The position numbers were made by a program, and so were the translations under genes. A DNA stretch of 64,000 bases from Epiperipatus broadwayi (lineage: Eukaryota > Animalia > Onychophora): NCBI GenBank assembly GCA_028023455.1, contig JAQFVV010000011.1:3038001-3102000 (forward strand). Reading direction: 5' to 3'. Numbering within the stretch: position 1 is the stretch's first letter; each line of letters begins with the position of its first letter. Under the pieces are notes generated by a model. That model worked only from the letters and a program-made list of their open reading frames with translations, searched no databases and was not told where the DNA came from. Below are positions 37,660 to 49,935 of the stretch, in pieces.

Positions 37660-37975
37660 TCTGATTAGTTGTTTCTGGACTTCCATTATTTTTCTTAAAT
37701 ATTTTATTGAGTATATTCTTTAGTGTAGTTGTCTTGATAAGATTATGTTAGTGTCGAAAGTGTCTGGAATATTATGTATATGAATTTATAGAGTGTTAGT
37801 CTTGAATTATTTCTGTTAAGAATCAATAGATGTGTTAGTTTTAATATATTTTAAAATACTTTCCTCATTCGGCTGCATGCTGTTGGATTTTTTGTTTATT
37901 ACCAAGTTTGCACTATAGAAAAGAGTATGGTTTTCAGCATGTGCCAATAAAGTAAATTTGAATATATTATTTCCT
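37660..37975 (-). mobile_element. Possible Penelope-like RT C-terminal remnant
   Basis: NIFKFTLLAHAENHTL..LVINKKSN resembles the PLE I.FT.E.E.N..L.FLD..I.K motif. Confidence 0.45.
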
Positions 37976-38735
37976 GAGCACTTATTGCATATATGTGTAG
38001 AGATGATAATTTGGACCAACTGATGATTGCTGTTTTGGCATGAAATACATATATTGATGATATGAGATAGTGTGGTGAGTTCTGTGAAAGTCTGTGCTCA
38101 TATACTCTATATATTACATATATTGTTGATAAACCACTAAACATCACATTCACTATTTCTCATTAAAAAAAATTTTTTTTTAAAAAAATAAAAAAAAAAA
38201 TATTACAATATAAAAAGGGGGTTTTCCTTGAATTTATTAAAAAAAAATTTAAAAAAAAAACAAAAAAAAAAAATATTGTTGATATTGGTATATAATAAGC
38301 CTGTATTTCAGTTATTACATAGTAGAGATGTCTGCCTATGCCTTGTATATATATTAAATGAATTATGTCCTGTACATGAGGAGTCAGATTGATTTTAGGT
38401 CAACATGGGTGTGGCAAGAATCTCGGCTTTGGGTGGTCTTTGAGCGTTCCATCAGATTTTCAATTGGATGGACGGTTGAAGAGTTGGAGTGTGGAGTGGA
38501 TTGAAGCCTGTCCATTAAAGTATGAAGATTGGCTATCTTAATATATATCTGAGCACTTATTGCATATATGTGTAGGGATGATAATTTGGACCAACTGATG
38601 ATTTCTGGTTTAGCATGAAATACATATATTGGTGATCATTTATCTTTTCGACATATATGTGTTCAAGTGTATCAGTGATATGGGATAGAGTGGTGAGTGC
38701 TGTAAAAGTCTGTGCTCACATACCCTATATATTAT
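37975..38735 (+). mobile_element. Family B tandem dimer (two hammerhead cores)
   Basis: Cores at 38020-38026 and 38595-38601. The 575-nt spacing includes a short deletion and an A/T-run tract at ~38150-38275. Confidence 0.88.
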
Positions 38736-39789
38736 AGCTCATTATTATAATATTTTCCTTTGGAAGAGAACGTTCTTCACCAAAAATATGTTGGTTTTAA
38801 ACGATGATCGAGTATAGTTTAGTTTATTAAGAAGCATGTATATTAATGCAGGAAATTGTTACAATTTAATTACAGGTTTAATTTGTATTACACGTAACCC
38901 CCACCCCCTCTTAACACCCACTTTTATAAATGCATATTATAAAATAAAAAAAACAACAAATTTAATGAAGCATTAATTATATAGAAGTTTACTGCCAAAG
39001 TAATTTCTTTAAAATGAGTCAATCTGATTTTGCAACCCCCACCCCACCTAACACACACTTTAAATATCATTTCCAAGATTTAATAATGAATGCTAATGTT
39101 TCTCAGAGGAAATGCATAGCAATTGTAAGGTTTGCATTTGAAAATGGGTTATTCAACATGCAAGCCATTTCTTTGAAGTGAACTGCACGGAACTTTAAGA
39201 CCACATTATTTAATAATGGCGGAGAACTTATTCAAATGAAAATTTTGAAATGATTTTCCAAAATAAAGAAATATATTTCTTATATTTTTATGTAAGGAGT
39301 GGGGGGGGGGGGATATTGTTAAAACATATTAATTCGTTTATAAAATTTCTTTATTTGAAAAGTAGTGTTTATGATAAATATAAAATTCAGTAAAATAAAT
39401 TATTCATTTTTTCAGCTTTTTTCTTATTTTCCAAAAAAAAAAAAGCGGTATATGTCAGATGTAAAGAGCTCATTTTAGACTATTTTCACTGTAAAAATTG
39501 ATTAATGGAACCAAGAATAAATCAGTATTCTTTCTAGTTGGTAATGTTACTGTTTGTGAGCAAGCTGTCAAAAGAAAAAAAGAAAAACTACTAGAATTTT
39601 AAAACTTTTATCGAGCTTTTAGATAATGTCAAATAAAAAAAAATATTAAGAAAAGAAAAATCAACAATCAACTTTTAAATTATCAAAGAAATTGACAAAT
39701 TCATCAAGCAAATCAAAAAACCGTTTCAGCATTCTAATACTAAGTGTACCTTTAGAGCTGAATGGTTAATCTTCGTACAAACTAATGCA

Positions 39790-40600
39790 TATAAAGTTTT
39801 TAAAATAAATAAAACTGCACCGGATAAAGGGCGCGGTTAGCCAATCATTTCTATTCCCCTTTTAACACAAATAATTGCGCTTTAAGAAGTAGAAATGAGT
39901 GCACACGTGACTTAGGATTTTGAACTAGCAATTAAAAATCTTTTTAAGGTCGCAAACAATCCAACTATATATCCTACAGCGCGTGATAAATGGTATTCAG
40001 CCATTTTTAACTGTAAAGATAGTAAATGAATCTGAGCTAGTCAGATAAAATATTGATTCACTGAGTATATATTTTCTAGGTTTTTGGAAATTTTAACAAT
40101 GCATCCCTTATCTTAATTTCACCATATCATTACTACTCACCAGATCGGAAAGTCACAAACCCCCTAAAAGTATTAAATATCTGAATTTTCACACTCATAT
40201 TGACAGCCCAAAAGGAATTGAAGTCTATTCATTTTTAACATCTTATGAAAGGATGAACAATCCAATCATTTGTACCAGGTCGAACCGCTGAAACCACCTA
40301 CTTATGCGTATATATAAGTTTTGGCCAGTTTCAAACTCCTTCATAATACATTTATAATCTTATAAAGGTTACGTGAATGAACCGGCACGTTCGAGCAAAA
40401 TGGGAGATCTTATTGATAGCTTTAACTATCAACAATGGCCCATCTCGGCTGCTAGATTCAAACCCCTACTATCCAAATACTTTATTTGTTTCGGGGTAAA
40501 CCCTGGGGCACCAGCTAGTCTGAAGACTAACGTATTCGGGCAGTAGGCTCATAATCCAGCACTCGAAACATTCCCTTAAACTAGCTCAGTCTAATTTTCT
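39790..40600. promoter_or_regulatory. CpG-retaining region, candidate promoter
   Basis: Many CpGs in a CpG-poor background, with GGGCGCGG, CCAAT (39841-39845) and E-box CACGTGAC (39904-39911). No linked exon identified. Confidence 0.3.
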
Positions 40601-40978
40601 TCAATAACAAATTATACAAAATTGGTGGTGGAAAGAATTAATAAAAGGTTGGTAAAAAGAATTGACCGACAAATAAAGTTTAAGTTTGAAAGACAATTTA
40701 TTAACTAACATTAAATAATTTTAAACATTCTATAAATTTAATATAATACACACATTTTAAATTAACATTTCTAAACTAGTTTAAATATTCTTGTAGATTT
40801 TAATAGTAGAACACTGGTATTTATATAATTTAACTAATAACACTGATATAATGATCACGCACATATTAACTCATAATAATAAAGCATTAATAGCATTTGA
40901 AACTTAAACACACATATCAATAGTTCATTTTATGTATGATAAGAGTTCATATAATTTGAATCTTGAATATTTATGAAT

Positions 40979-41558
40979 TACAGCGGTGGCTACTACGTAT
41001 AAATGATAATAAATAAATGTTTACCTAGGATTTTTGGAACGGGGATATTGCTTGTTGTTGACTGCTTCTGCTGCTTCTGATGAATTATATCTAACCGGTT
41101 AGATTTGGACATTTCTTGAAGAGATTTTTATGCGAATCCATTGGCTTTATTCTTGAAGACAGTTGAACATTTGCCGAAGGATTTCTGTGTTGTCATAGAG
41201 ACATGATTTCACAGGCAGGTTTTGATGATCTTGTTGGACTAAAAAGGCTGGAGCACGAGTGTATATTTCCAAAAGCTGCTCAACAATGCATGTTTGTTTC
41301 TGGATTCATAATAGAAATTGCACAAGACTGTCACTGCAAACTAGATTGAAATAAACCCTTAACTGATTGTCCGATAAAATATTCCATATTTATACCGATG
41401 AAGTGTTTTCCTTTTGATATCCTCCGGCAAATATCTGTTGTCAAAATTCTTTAGCAATTAATCCTATGACAACATGTTTTTTGATTGATTGTTTAATTAG
41501 TAGTAGCTATTTCAAAACATGTTCTTTTCATATCCTTAATTAATAGCGCACCGCTGTG
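40979..41558. mobile_element. Unclassified 580-bp element with short imperfect TIRs
   Basis: Left end TACAGCGGTGGCTA versus right end reverse complement CACAGCGGTGCGCTA. The interior is GC-richer with a decayed reading frame. Confidence 0.35.
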
Positions 41559-43693
41559 TTTTTTTTTTAAAAAAATACATTTTTCATTTATTTATAATAT
41601 TTAATACTGATACATTTTTTTTACATTCGCACGCACATATATAATTTTACTCTACACATCAAAACTAGTTTTAAGATTATTTTTCTTCTTTAATTTAAAT
41701 GAAGAGATTTATATATTTTTTTAAAGCTTTTAAATTGTATTTCACTAATAATAATAAACTCTTTACTTCCTTTTTATAAAACCTTCAGTTTAACTTTAAG
41801 AAAACCCCCTTCCCACTTTAAATCAATGATTTTTCAACTTTTATTTCAAACTCTTTTGCGAAAGATTTTTTTGTTTTAATAATTTTTTTACGACAAAATT
41901 ATTTTATATACATGTGCCAATTTGGCCTTGGCACACATTATACTAAAGATAAATATTTCTTAGATTTTTTTTATTATATATCAGTGCATCTTTTTCACAT
42001 CTGATATGGTTGTTACTACTAGGGGTGGAAATATCATACTTGCAGAGATAATAAACGCGAGATTGTTACTTTTACCTTATTGTTAATCTTCAATTTACTG
42101 TGATATTAAGAGATATAAATAAGTTTAAAAAATATTTTTAAGGTGAAAAATTGATTGCCTTAAAAATATAAAATACAAAAAGAACCAAGTCATTTTTTAA
42201 TTATAGTAATATTTGAATTTCCTGGTACACTTCAATTAGCCTGTACAACATTTCACAAGGGATATTTATTATCATACTGTTTAGTTCTACTTCACAATAA
42301 AACACACATTTATAGAATATGCAATAAGCCATTTTAATGAATGATTAATTACACTTTGATTATATATTTATATGAAGAAAACTGAAAATAGTTACATGAT
42401 ACCAGAAAGTTATGATTTGACACAACATAAAAAGTAAAAAAAGCCAGTGTTTGTCAGTTAAGTAATTAAATGAAAAAATCATAGGATACTGTCAAAAAAA
42501 AAAAATATTAAAGTCTTTCAAAAAGACTGTAATTTCTATTATTATTGATACTATAGATGATGAAGCAATTTATGAAGAAAGTAGTGATGAACCAGATATG
42601 GAATACAGTGATAATATAAATGAAAATGAGTGGAATTTTTAGATTTTTATGATTAAAATGATTAATAAAATAACTTTCTTTATGATATTATTCTTATTTT
42701 ATTTTAATATTACAAATATACTGTATATATATATTTATAATAATTTTAAAAAAATGAAATTTGTATATTAAAAAAATAAGTGCACATTATATGTGTGTGC
42801 ACATTACATTTGTTAAAATGTAATAAATATTATGACTCCTTGTGCAGTCTCCTAATATCTAGATAGTAGTGACATCTATCTTTATCAGCCTCTATTTCAA
42901 ATAGACTATAAGACAACCAAAAATCTATGACAGAACAAATATAAAAGCAACCTGGCTTGGTAAGAAAAATTATTTATCATTTCTTTCTTCTTGAGTAAAG
43001 GTCGAACATCCAGAAATTGCTCTGAAGAAACTTCAGGCATTGCATTGGTATCTAGTTGCCTATTTATATCCTACATAACAAAAGAGAACTTAAAAACGTT
43101 AAATGCTGTCAGACTATGTCTGTTATGCATATAATCAAACTTTTATACAGTTAAATAAATAGCAAATCTAATAATTTTGTAAAATATCTTCTAACGTAAA
43201 AACAAGTCCAAAAGATTAATAGTAAGTTTTATATAACTCTAAATTTAAGATGTTAAAAAATTAAGTTAAAGGATAGCAAATAACATCAATCTACCACTAA
43301 ATGATGATAAAAAGACATTATCCAATCATTATAAAAACAGTTAACAGGTTTCATATATTGTATACGAGTGTCATTTAAGATTTTATTGTTTAACTGCATA
43401 CATTACTTTATGATTTACATTCATCTTTAATAATACTTATAGGTTATTTGAGTATAATTAATAATTTACATTGTTCTATTGTGCATTATCTGAATTTATT
43501 TTATAGTTACTGCTTTAATCAATCTATTTCTTTGCCTACACTAATAATTGAATTTTATCAGCCTTTATTGAGTCATAATTTTTGATCAAATTAGACAAGC
43601 ATTACAATGAAATAATCTACAATTGAAATGTTTATTTCAGATCATTTTGAGTCTTTGTTAAAGTTCTTTAATTGTAAGCAAAATAATACATTA

Positions 43694-43797
43694 GTCAAGC
43701 ATTGGTGGTCGAGAGGCCAGCGATGGCTGCTTTATAAGCATTGTCCCGGGTTAACGGATTCGTTTTCCGGCTGATGCTACGACACATGAGGAAAAAA
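43694..43797 (+). mobile_element. tRNA-Gly-derived short SINE (intermediate subfamily)
   Basis: 5-nt leader GTCAA, then GCATTGGTGGTCGAGAGG...GGATTCGTTTTCCGGCTGATGCT-ACGACACATG-A tail. TSD AAATAATACATTA on both sides. Confidence 0.85.
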
Positions 43798-44765
43798 AAT
43801 AATACATTAATAATTCAATACACTTCTTTCCTTATTATTTTGTAATTCAATAAATAGGAATAGTTCGCTATAAAGGAAAGATTAACAATATTACAAATTA
43901 ACTACAGCTTAACACTGCGTTCGACCGGGTGCGCTGTAATTAAATTGTTAATTTTTCTTTTATAAAAAACTATTCTTATTTATTGAATGTGTTAACAAGG
44001 CATTACATAAAATAAACCAAATACATGCCATCAGAACTCAGAAAGTATTTTTGTTTTGAATTAAATCGATTCAGAATTTTTTTAACTTTTCATAACTACA
44101 ACATCAATGGTTTGTTTTAAATTGACAAGTCCTAATAGAAGATGTACATTTAGTTAGCTTTAATCCAATAAACATTAAAATTGCTAGCATGGAGTGAGAT
44201 GTCTGAAAATGAAAAGTAAAGAAGATGTGGTTTATTGCAAATAACGCCCATGCCATTAATAACAAAGAAAATTGCCTCCAACTTTCAAACAAATGTAATA
44301 TTTAAATAATTAGCAACTTGCCTATAAATTCTACAGCATATCTACTATATTATGAATGTTATTAATCTGGTTTCTCTGGCCGAATTAGTAAAATAAAGAT
44401 ATAGAATAAACTTTTCCCCTAGCCTGTATTAGAAAAGTTTTAGAAAATTAATTACATAAGAGTGAATCAGTAAATTATTTAACTTTCTTGGATGGATGTT
44501 TAGTGATTCAGAAAAGAAACTAAGCACACAAATGAAACTACATCAGGAAACAAAATACAATATTATCAAAAAAAAATTTAAAAATAAAAATATTTATTTG
44601 AAATAGAAAATAATTAAATCTTTAATAAAAAAAACCTTTGTCTAATTGAATTAAAATTTATAAAAAGATAATTCTAATTAGTTGAAAGTTCAAAATAATG
44701 AAGTACATATAACTGACTTTTTTCTTCTTGTCTGCCAATAAATAGGGTTCTGCATTAATTCTTTT

Positions 44766-45182
44766 TATGTAAAACTTAATAACCTTGATACATATAGTGA
44801 AATTAAAATTCTTTTAATTGAAATAATTCTTCATCACGGCTTAGCGGTTTCAGAGATTCTCTCTTCATAATCATAGCCTTTAACTGTAATAATTTATACA
44901 AATTTATGCAAGTTTGTTCAGATGGTTCATCTTTTCAAAATAAAAAAGCATGCATCTTTTCTGTTTATTGCGTTTACATCTCTCGCTATAAACCATGCCA
45001 TTTTAATCTTCCTTTTTATATTATTCCTTTCAGTAGATATTATAGTAGCATTTGCAGGTTCGAATTCATGATTATGATTATGGAGAGAGAATCTCTGAAA
45101 GTGTTAAGTCGTGGTGAAGAATTATTTCAATTAAAAGAATTTTAATTTCACTATATGTGTCAAACGTATTAAGTCTTACATA
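44766..45182. mobile_element. MITE with ~110-bp near-perfect TIRs, TA-flanked
   Basis: catatagtgaaattaaaattcttttaattgaaataattcttca is mirrored at 45115-45157. Both ends read TA-TGTAA. Confidence 0.85.
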
Positions 45183-45419
45183 GTTATTATATAATAGTGA
45201 AAGAAATTTGGAATTATAATTCTTTTTATGTAATTCTTAATTGTCCAAATACTATTTGCTTAACTGGATTCAATAGTTTAAAATTAAATACTTTTTTAAA
45301 AAAAAAAATCATAAATCAGTCTCTATATCTATTCTTGTTTATTTATTTAATCGTTTTTAAGTGTTGGATTATAGATTATTATAGTACTTTTTAAAGAAAG
45401 ACTGATTCCTTACTTATAA

Positions 45420-46330
45420 ACTGATTTCTATTATTTTTCTGATTTCTAAATTGTTGGAATATAGTGATAAAACTGTTATCATAGCATCAATATGATATTG
45501 TTGCTGGTAGAAGTAAACTGGATGTCTTTTACAATCAGGTGCACAATTTGATATTATCATTAGATAATAGTATCAAACTGTTACTTTATACTTAGATTTA
45601 TCTAAGGTGTTTAACCAGGTGTATCATAAAATTTTACTTAAATGTCATGTTTTTTTTTTTTTTGCTTCCCACTTGAAAGCAATTTAAAGAATAATAATGA
45701 GACAATATACATTTCAATCATTAGCAGTTACTTTATAATAATTAATCATGTTCTGATCTTGGTTCCTATTTAGTTTTTAATTTACGTAAATAATAATTTT
45801 TTATTATATTTGTAATCGAGGATTTATAATTTTGCAGATGATGTCGCTTTGCCCTATGCTTCAGTTTCACATAATTAGATGGCTAATTTTTAATTATCAA
45901 TCGATTTGAATAAAACCAAATTGATACATTTTTCTTACAATTTTTTTTTTTCATATGTCAAATGCGTTGACCGGGAAGCAAACCCAGGCCAGCTGCTTAG
46001 AAGGCAGCTATGCTAACCACTAGGCTACCACAATTTGCAATTAATATTTTTTGCATTGTAATAATACTTTCAAGCTAATATTTTATATATTAGTAATTAT
46101 TGTATCTAGGTATATTTATTGATTCTAGATTGTCATAATTAAATCATATTGATACCCTTTGGACTTTTACCCAAGTGTTTACTTCAATCAGTTTCTATTT
46201 GGGGAATAGTTCTACTTTTATAACGAATACTTTATCAGTTTTATAAAATTATAAAACACATTATTGGTAGATCTTATTGGAGATATTTAAGGGACTAATA
46301 TTTTAGATATTCTTCATCTATATCGATTAA
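45420..46330 (+). mobile_element. Decayed L2/CR1/jockey-like RT fragment (interrupted by a SINE)
   Basis: Motifs LYLDLSKVFNQVYHKILL, ILGPI..IYVN, FADDVA and YLGIFIDSRL. Confidence 0.7.
45941..46033 (-). mobile_element. tRNA-Gly(TCC)-like retroposed copy / shortest SINE subfamily
   Basis: TGGTAGCCTAGTGGTTAGCATAGCTGCCTTCTAAGCAGCTGGCCTGGGTTTGCTTCCCGGTCAACGCA closely resembles metazoan tRNA-Gly-TCC. It is followed by TTTGACATATG-(A)n. Confidence 0.8.
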
Positions 46331-46526
46331 GAGTGATTGTTGATATTTATTTTAGAATCCTCATTCAGTTTTAATTTTTTTGTTGTAAATATATGATTAT
46401 ATTATATAATGAGCTTGCAAATAACTTGTTAAATTAGGTCATGTGACATACGACTTGATTTCTTTGTATATGATTATATATTAAACTCCAACCAATGAAT
46501 AAGAAGTAGCTTAGTTATAATAGTGC

Positions 46527-46745
46527 ATACAGTAGTGCCACTCAGTGCCAACCAGAGTAATCAATGGATACCAGAAAGTTTGTGCATAAAATCCCCATCT
46601 AGTGTATTCATCCAATATCCTCAGACTAGTTTCTGCCTTGTGGCCTTGGTGAGTGAGGAGCTTTGGATCTGAGAGCACTGCACCTTTAATAACAGTTATG
46701 TGCTAGCATAAGAAATGGTGATAATGTGATGTTTTGTGTTTATAA
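46527..46745 (-). mobile_element. Family A element with inverted 3' tail; core mutated
   Basis: Antisense copy 46527-46685 (core CUCACCA; GAAACUAGUC intact), then the sense tail taataacagttatg... Confidence 0.85.
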
Positions 46746-47299
46746 TGGTCCTAAGTTACTTAATGTATTGATACATAGATGTGTGATTTAGTTTTGAAAA
46801 AATGTTTATATCATTAGTTATTAAACAATATTTTATACATTTTAATTTATTTTATTATTTTTTATTTTATTTTATTTCTCAAATTTTAAACTCATTGTCT
46901 GAGATTTTTCTTGTATGGAATTTATATTAGTGTTTTATTTACTTATTGTTTTCAAAATGAATAAATAAATAAAAATAAATAAAATTTAATCAGAAATCTG
47001 TTGACCTAACTGTTGGTGTAATTTCTCTCTTAGCATTGAGAAAGGCATTATTGAGGCTTAAATTGGAAGTTTGCATTATCAGTACTTAATCTATTTTTGG
47101 TAAAATAAATTGAAATAAATAAATTTTGGCATTGATCTTAATTTTGACTTTGACTAATGAACATTCTTCAAAAAAATAATATCACTGAAAAAACATATAA
47201 TTTCAAATCTTTAATGACTTTTAAAAGTGGTATATTAATTGTTCCAACAACATTATCTCATGACATTTTACATGATTACCCATATGCTTCCAAGAGTCA

Positions 47300-48070
47300 T
47301 CTATTATGTTTCAGTGATCAATGAATACAAGATAATATAATGCTATAAAATCCCCATTTCCAGACTGGTCAGTTTCTGGTTTTTGCCTTTATCAGTGAAG
47401 ACTATGATTCAAAGATATAATTAATGTACTTTTGCTTCTGATAGTTATCTTTTGCTTATTTATACTATTCAGACTAATAACATAAAATTTAGAAAGCTCT
47501 AAAAGGCTTTAAACTCAGGCAAACTCATTTGCATATTTATATAGATATGTCATCATGTTATTTTCTGCAAGTATATTAATTCCCATTTTTGAATCCTAGT
47601 TTTTACTAATAAAGGCAAAATCCCAAAACTGGTTGATCTGAAATTGAGGTTTTGTAGCACTTAACCATATAATATCCATTAATTATTCAAAATAATTCTA
47701 AAATATATTAAAGATAATTTATATGGAATGCATATGAATAAGTATATAAAGCATGTTGTGGGGTTATCAGTATTAACCTTCCTATATTAAAAGGTAGAAG
47801 AAGCTTATATTGGGATGAAACCAAGTTTTCAAAAAATATCTAGAAATAAACCTGGTGATCAGATTTATAGCTATGTGCATGTTATTTACTATGGATTTAA
47901 AATCATAAGGTTTTTAAATTTTTGATTTAATAGATTAAATAATATAAAAAAGTAAAATGTGGTTGTTGGATGCATAAGTGAATTAGTCCTAGGTTTGAAT
48001 CTTAGTCTTTATTGAGAAAGATAAAATCCTGAAACTGGTTACTCTGGAAATGGAGATTTGATAGTACTAT
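47300..48070. mobile_element. Family A' cluster: minus copy plus two tandem plus copies (spacing 406 nt)
   Basis: Cores at 47395-47389 (CUGAUAA, GAAAC-UGACCA-GUC), 47606 and 48012. All are followed by ugg/ugaaau-ggggauuuu-like sequence. Confidence 0.7.
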
Positions 48071-48465
48071 TATCAATTGTTTAACCTTACATAAATAGCT
48101 TCAGACTATATATGAGCTCTTGGATATATTTTGTAACAATATTACAATAATAATATGGATCAATCTTTACATTATTTGCTCTATTAAATAAAAATATAGT
48201 AAATTTACTCTTGATTTACTCATTTCATTTAATAGCAATTGTAATACCCAATTTTATTTACTAGTGCAATGATCATATGAAGGAATTAACACATAATAAA
48301 TTGAAAAATTTCATGAATGTTAATATATAGAAGAAATTAATGGATGTAAAGTGAATAAAGAAACATCTTCACCCTCTCAAACTAAGATACTTTAGATTGA
48401 ACTATATAATTAAATTTAGATACAAAAGATAACATTGACACTATTATCTTTTCAAAAGTCTCTAC

Positions 48466-48513
48466 CTTGTGCTTTGGTTTGAGAATATCCTCAGTACTCA
48501 ACAAAACATTGAG
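48466..48513 (-). CDS. Candidate 48-nt internal exon of an unidentified host gene (LNVLLSTEDILKPKHK)
   Basis: AT-rich tract plus AG acceptor, GTAGAG donor, open frame, phase 0/0. No homology recognised. Confidence 0.2.
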
Positions 48514-48989
48514 CTATTATAATAACATTACAGCTCAGTGCATTAAACCCTTTAGTTTTGGTTAACAGCAATTGATAACTTCAATAATTTAATAATTCAT
48601 GGCATCATAAAAAATAACATAAAAACAATTCAATAATCTCAGGATTTGTTTTAAACATTTAATACATCAGTAAATCATTATTTATATATATATATATGTA
48701 ACTGAAATTTTGCAATACTGCCTGATTCAATGCATTAATATTATTTTACTTTTGAACATATCAGTCACAACAGAGAGAATAATACATTGTAGTATACTAT
48801 CTCAACACCAAAGTAAGCAGAAATAATGATGGAAAATCAAATTATTTAATATTACAAGCCAATTTAATTACAATATTATATTATTATTCATCATTGTCAT
48901 GTTGTTTTTTTAATTTTTATATAAATTTTATTAGATAAAATGTTATATTGTGCTACAGTGTAACATTTTCTTTGTTTTCAGTCGGAAAT

Positions 48990-49360
48990 TTTTAATAACA
49001 AAATATTTATTCAGACAAAGGAAGGAAATGAATTTTAATTTAGATGTGCTTAAAGAAAAATAAACAAATACTACAAAGAACCCAAATATACCAACCACTT
49101 TAATTCCAAACTATTTTTTCTATGGCAGATTATAAATAAAATCAACAAAATAATCTAGAATAAATTATATCACACATTTAAAAGGTAATAAATAGATGAT
49201 TATAAGATGTATATATAGAATGTAAATTATATGTTCATGTATATTTATATTCATATGTTTGTATTATGTTGTAGTTCTGAAGAAGATTGTTGGAACAATT
49301 GAAACTGTAAAAGAGGGTAATAAATAAAACATTGTGTAACAGTAGTAAAGTGCATGGATG
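48990..49360 (+). mobile_element. Probable Penelope-like 3' end with hammerhead-like motif D
   Basis: Frameshifted KGRK..LDVL.E.INKY resembles a GIY-YIG C-terminus. CUGAAGA(49277-49283)-a-GAUUG-uuggaa-CAAUU-GAAAC-UGUA follows, then AATAAA. Confidence 0.45.
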
Positions 49361-49624
49361 AGTTAGTATTATATGATATCCTGTAGAAAAAAACTAAAAA
49401 AGGATGCATAGACTCATATTTTTTACTACTTTAAATTTTTCAATATTAAAAAGTTTGTCCTTAATGTTGTCTTTTTTATATAAAATTTAAAATAATCAAT
49501 GTAAAACAAAATAGAAAGACAATTAAATACAAGTAAAAAATTTATTTAATATATCTAATCAGACTTTCTTTTTTTGGTGGAAATTTATCAAGATTTTTTT
49601 TATTATTATATAAAACACATGTAG

Positions 49625-49935
49625 TGCAATGTGATGCATGGTGGCTTCTCCTTTATTGGAGTCAGGAATCATTCAGCCACAATGCCCAGAGAAACCTATA
49701 AGCCACCTTATCTTCCCTTTCCATTTCCCACCCTAAGTTTTCCCCATATTCTTTACTATCCTGCTCCATCTCATTTCCATAACATAATCTTTGTCAACTC
49801 TATGGCCTTTATATCTAAATCCCTCTTACCTTTCCTCAAACCCAGCATAAAAACCGAGAACCCACTTTCTATATAATATCTTTGTTTATACTTACTCTTC
49901 CATAACTTCATTATTTGTACCTTTTCTGCTTGCAT
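49625..49935 (-). mobile_element. Family C repeat (probable LINE 3' end)
   Basis: Reverse-strand homologue of 13735-14040. Confidence 0.7.

Noticed and set aside
40513-40586. AGCTAGT-CTGAAGA...CGAAAC...ACTAGCT possible hammerhead
   Set aside because: Helix I pairs, but helix II, helix III and NUH cannot be formed in register.
42230-42642. Acidic tail (IDDEAIYEESSDEPDMEY..) resembling a transposase C-terminus
   Set aside because: Too short and decayed to assign, and no TIRs were found.
45962-46033. Functional tRNA gene (apparent anticodon TCT)
   Set aside because: Broken acceptor and T-arm pairing, a SINE-type tail with oligo-A, and insertion inside a dead LINE. It is a retroposed Gly(TCC) derivative.
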